DNA of 64,000 bases from Isurus oxyrinchus (taxonomy: Eukaryota), in assembly GCA_026770705.1 (NCBI GenBank), contig JANJGN010000021.1, positions 104,966,001 through 105,030,000 of the forward strand, in the 5' to 3' direction. Positions 59,936 through 64,000 of this stretch are shown piece after piece (position 1 is the stretch's first letter; each line of letters begins with the position of its first letter). The position numbers were made by a program, and so were the translations under genes. A model generated the notes under the pieces. The model was not told the DNA's origin and did no database searches. It saw only the letters and a list, made by a program, of their open reading frames with translations.

Positions 59936-62900
59936 CCAGGATGTTGGTAGTGGGGGGGGGGGGGGGGGGGGGGGGGGGTTCAGTGATGGTAATGCCATTG
60001 AATGTCATGGGGCGATGGTTACATTCTTTCTTATTGGAGATAGTCATTATCTAGCACTTGTGTGGTGCGAATGTTGCTTGCCATTTGTCAGTCGAAGACT
60101 GGATATTACCTTGGTCTTGCTGCAATTGTACATGGACTGCTTCAGTATCTGAGGAGTCGCAAATGGTGCTGAGCATTGTGCAATCATCAACAAAAAAAAC
60201 CCACGTCTGACCTTATGATGGTAGGAAGGTCATTGATGAAGCAGTTGAAGATGGTTGGGCCTAGGACACTACACTGAGGAACTCCTGTAGTGAGTTCCTG
60301 GAACTGATATGATTGATACACCTTCCTTTGTGCGAGGTATGACTCCAGCCAGCGGAAAGATTTACCCTTGATTCTCATTGACTCCAGTTTTGAGAGGGTT
60401 CCTTGATGCCACACATTGCTGGGTAGAAGCCAGTATTGTAGCTGTACTGGATCAACTTGGCTAGGGAAGCGGCAAGTTCTGAAGCACATATCTTCAATCA
60501 GAATACTGTCAGGGCCTATAGTGAAGTGATTCGAATTGCCTGAAGGCTGGCATCTGCGCTGCTGGCACCTGTGGAGGAGGCCGAGATGGATCATCCAGTC
60601 AGCATTTCTGGCTGAGGATTCTTGCAAATGCATTGACATTATCATTTTCTCTGCTGTGCTGCGTCATTGAGGTTGGGGATATTTGTAGAGCCTCCTCCTC
60701 CATTGAGTTGTTTACTCGTCCACCACTATTCACGGCTGTGTGTGGCAGGACTGCAGAGCAGAAACCTGCTCCGTTGGTTGTGGAATCGCTTAGCTCTGTG
60801 TATCACTTGCTGCTTAGGAGTTTGGCACACAAGTAGCACTGTCCACCAGCTGTGTGACAGACTAACAAAGGAATAGATTTATATTGTTATGCTCACCGAA
60901 TCATACCTTACAGTGAATGTCCGAAACAACACCATCACCGTCCCCAGGAATGCCCTGTCCCACCGGCAGACCAGAACCACCATAGGTGGTGGCACAGTGG
61001 TATGCAGTCTGGACAGAGATACCCTGGGAGTTCTCAACATTGACTCCATGAAGCCTCATGGCATCAGGTGAAACATTGGCTAGGAAACAACCTGCTGATT
61101 ACTACTAGCCATCCTTCATCGCCTGCTGATTCAGTGCCCCTCTATGTTGAACAAAACTTGGTAGAAACACTGAGGTTTACAAGGGCATGTAATATACTCC
61201 GGGTGGGGGACTTTCATGTCCATCATCAAGGTGACTTGGTAGCGCATCTCCTGACCGAGCTGGATGAATCCTGAAGAGCATTTCTGCCAGGTTGGGCCTG
61301 CAGCAGGTGGTGAAGGCACTAACAAGAGGTAAAAATCTACGAGGCGTTGGTCCTCACAAATCTTTCTATTCCAGATGCATTTTCCATGAGAGCAGTGAAA
61401 GAGGTGACCATCGTACAGTGCTTATGGAGACAATGTCCTGACTTCACATTGAGGATACTGTCCATCGTGTTAATTGGCACTACAATCATGCTAAATAGAA
61501 TAGATTCAGGGCAGGTCTGGTAGCTCAGAACTGGGTATGCATAAGCCTGTGATCTATCAGCAGCACAAGAATTGAACTCAACCATAATCTGTAACCTCAA
61601 GGCCCTGTGTATGCCTCACATTTTCATCAAAATCAAGCTGGGGAATGTCAATGAAGAGTTTATGAGGGCATGCCAGGAGCAGAAGCAGGCAGAGCTAAAA
61701 ATGAGTTGCAAATCTCGTGCAACTAAAACACAGGACTAGATGCATGCCAAACAGTGGAAGCTACGAAGTCCCACAGCCTAAGGATCTTCAATTCTGCCTT
61801 ACCCTGTCGTGAATGGGGGTGGACAATTAAATAACCAGAGGAAGAGGCTACATAGCTATGTCTACTGTAGTCATTGGAGAGCCTAACAAATCAATTCCAA
61901 AGACATGGCTGAATCATTTGCAATCAGCACCATCTGTAAGTGCCCTTTAGATTATCCATCTCGGCCTCCTGAGGTCCCCAGAATCACAGATGCCAGTCTT
62001 CAGCCAATTCAATTCTCCCCATACAATATCAATAAATGGTTGAAGGCACTGGATACTGCAAATTCGGAGAACCATGAAAACATCCCAACGTTAACACCGA
62101 AGGCTTGTCCTCCAGAAATATCCATGCCTTTATCCAAGCTGTCGATGTGGAAAATTGCCCAGGTGTGTCCTGTCCGCAAAAAGCACGACAAACCCAATCC
62201 AGCCAACTGCTGCCCCATCAGTCTATTCTCAATCACCAGCAAAATGATGCAAGTTATCGTCGAGTGTTATCAGGGAGCACTTACTCAGCAATAATCTGCT
62301 CACTGCACTCAGTTTGCATTTTGTTCGCAAACATGGACAAAAAGAGCTGAACTAAATAGGTGAGGTGAGAATAACTACCTTCTCATCAAGGCAGCATTTG
62401 ACTAAGTGTGGCTTCAAGATGCTCGAGAAAAATTAAATTCAATGGGAATCGGGAGATAGCTCTCTACGGACTGGAGTTACACCTAGTGGAAGGGAAGGTG
62501 GTTATGGTTCTTAGAGGCCATTCACCTCAATCCCGGGACATTGTTGCAGGAGCTGCTCAGGGTAGTGTCTTAGTCGAACCAACTTCAGCTGCTTCATCAA
62601 TGACCTTCTTTCTGTCAATTGGGAAAATTTGCAGTTGATATTCATTACCATTCACATCTCCCCAGATACTGAAGTAGCGCCTGTTGGCATGCAGCACAAC
62701 CTGGAGCACTTTCAGTCTTGAGCGGATAAGTGGCAAGTAACATTTTCACCCCACAATTACTATCTCCAACCAAATGCAATCTTATCATCTTTGCTTGACA
62801 TTCAACGGCATTTCCATCGCTGCATCCCTGCCATCAACTTCATGGGGGTTACCATTGATGGAACCTAATTAGACCAGCCATGTAAATACTGCATCTACAA

Positions 62901-63255
62901 TTCCAGCATAGCTTGGCCTAAATAGCCAAGTGGTTATGGTACTGGGCTTGTAACCCCAAGATCAAGAGTTCAAATCTCACAATGGCAAACTATGAAACAA
63001 TGTAACTTCATCTGAATAGGAACAGATGGAAACGTGTTTGTACTCGAAAGAGTTACAATTCCAGCATACTAAAGTCTCAAGTCAGATGAGCAATGGAATA
63101 TTCTTCATTTGCCTGGATGAGTGCAGCCCCGCCTGCATTCATGAATCTCGACACTATCTTCGAAAAAGCAATCCATTTGATTGCCACCCCAACAACCACC
63201 TTAAATGTTCACCCCCTCAGCCACTAGCATACAATGGCAGCAGTGTGCACAGAGG
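59935..63255. mobile_element. HER1-type LINE fragments (59935-60830 minus, 60850-63255 plus)
   Basis: GVPQCSVLGPTIFNCFINDLP on minus; VGDFHVHHQ and WKIAQVCPVRKKHDKPNPANCCPISL on plus. Confidence 0.8.
62911..63053 (+). mobile_element. tRNA-derived SINE, copy 2, with 15-bp TSD, inserted in a HER1 LINE
   Basis: TSD TACAATTCCAGCATA at 62896-62910 and 63054-63068; A and B boxes intact. Confidence 0.85.
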
Positions 63256-63259
63256 GCAC

Positions 63260-63898
63260 AGCATTCTTAAGGTACATTTAGGAGAACATTGTTGGCAGAG
63301 TATGTAGCAAGTCCAGCAAGAGACGTTGCGGTTCTGGGCTTATATTTAGGGAATGAAGCTGGGCAGGTGGAAGGAGTAACAGTGAGAGAGCATTTTGTTG
63401 CTAAAGATCATTATTCTTTTAACTTTAACATAAGTATGGGAAAGAACAAAGATAGCACAGGGGTTACAGTTCTAAATTGGGGCAAGGTCACTTTTACTAA
63501 GTTGAGGAGTGATTTAGCAAACGTGGATTGGAAACAGTTACTTGAAAGTGAATCAGTATCAGATCAGTGGGAGGCATTCAAAGGGGAAGATTCAAGGGTT
63601 TCGGGGCAAACATATTCCCACAAAGAAAAACAGGGCAGGGCGGCCAAGTCTAGAGCCCCTTGGATGTCAAGGAGCTTATAGGGTATGAGAAGGCAGAAAA
63701 GGAAAACTTATGTCAGACACTGATAGCTCAATACTACAGAAAACCGAAAGAAGCATAGAAAGTGGAGGGGTGAAGTAAAAAAGGAAATTTGGAAAGCAAA
63801 GAATGGCCTTGAAAGAATATTGGCAGGATAAATCAACGAGAACCCAAAGATGTTTTATCATTAAGAGTAAGAGGATAACTAAAAACTCAGTAGGGACC
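63260..63898 (+). mobile_element. CR1 ORF2 fragment
   Basis: LYLGNEAGQVEGVTVREHF...VLNWGKVTF...PWMSR. Confidence 0.85.
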
Positions 63899-64000
63899 TG
63901 TCATGAAAATATAATATTTCTCGTCATATTTTTGGGGTCTATTGTAAAGTAGGAATAATGGGGCCTGGTTAGCACGTGTGTGTGTGTGTGTGTGTGTGTG
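63899..64000 (+). mobile_element. Start of an LTR-like element with (GT)n, truncated by the window end
   Basis: TGTCATGAAA start as at 44065; (GT)n at ~63976-64000. Confidence 0.5.

Noticed and set aside
59953-59978. Poly-G and G/C-rich runs (also 7219-7248, 34201-34219, 37003-37050)
   Set aside because: Simple homopolymer or low-complexity expansions, mostly within old LINEs, with no supporting context.

Overview
Eukaryotic, repeat-rich genomic DNA. The repeat repertoire (CR1, HER1-type and L2 LINEs, HE1-type SINEs, Penelope-like elements, a Harbinger relic) points to a cartilaginous fish (shark). Two spliced genes encoding single-domain, germline-joined VJ-type Ig receptors of the NKp30/NCR3 family lie in divergent orientation about 29 kb apart. 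Gene 1 (minus strand, 16342 to ~12022) has leader, V, TM and several cytoplasmic micro-exons. Gene 2 (plus strand, 45038-49969) has V, TM and cytoplasmic exons that splice in frame into a canonical ITAM (DSTYMGL-x7-YSKL); the ORF track does not show this motif. The two V exons are ~90% identical in DNA, while introns, TM and tail exons are highly diverged, and neither TM carries a charged residue. This suggests a gene-converted paired-receptor system that includes a self-signalling, adaptor-independent NKp30-like receptor. Other notable items: two young copies of a tailless tRNA-derived SINE with 14-15 bp target-site duplications, hammerhead-ribozyme relics, an intronic minisatellite, a local templated insertion in a CR1, and stretches that may be a decayed minus-strand gene. 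All exon models were built by eye from splice signals and reading-frame phase and need transcript confirmation.
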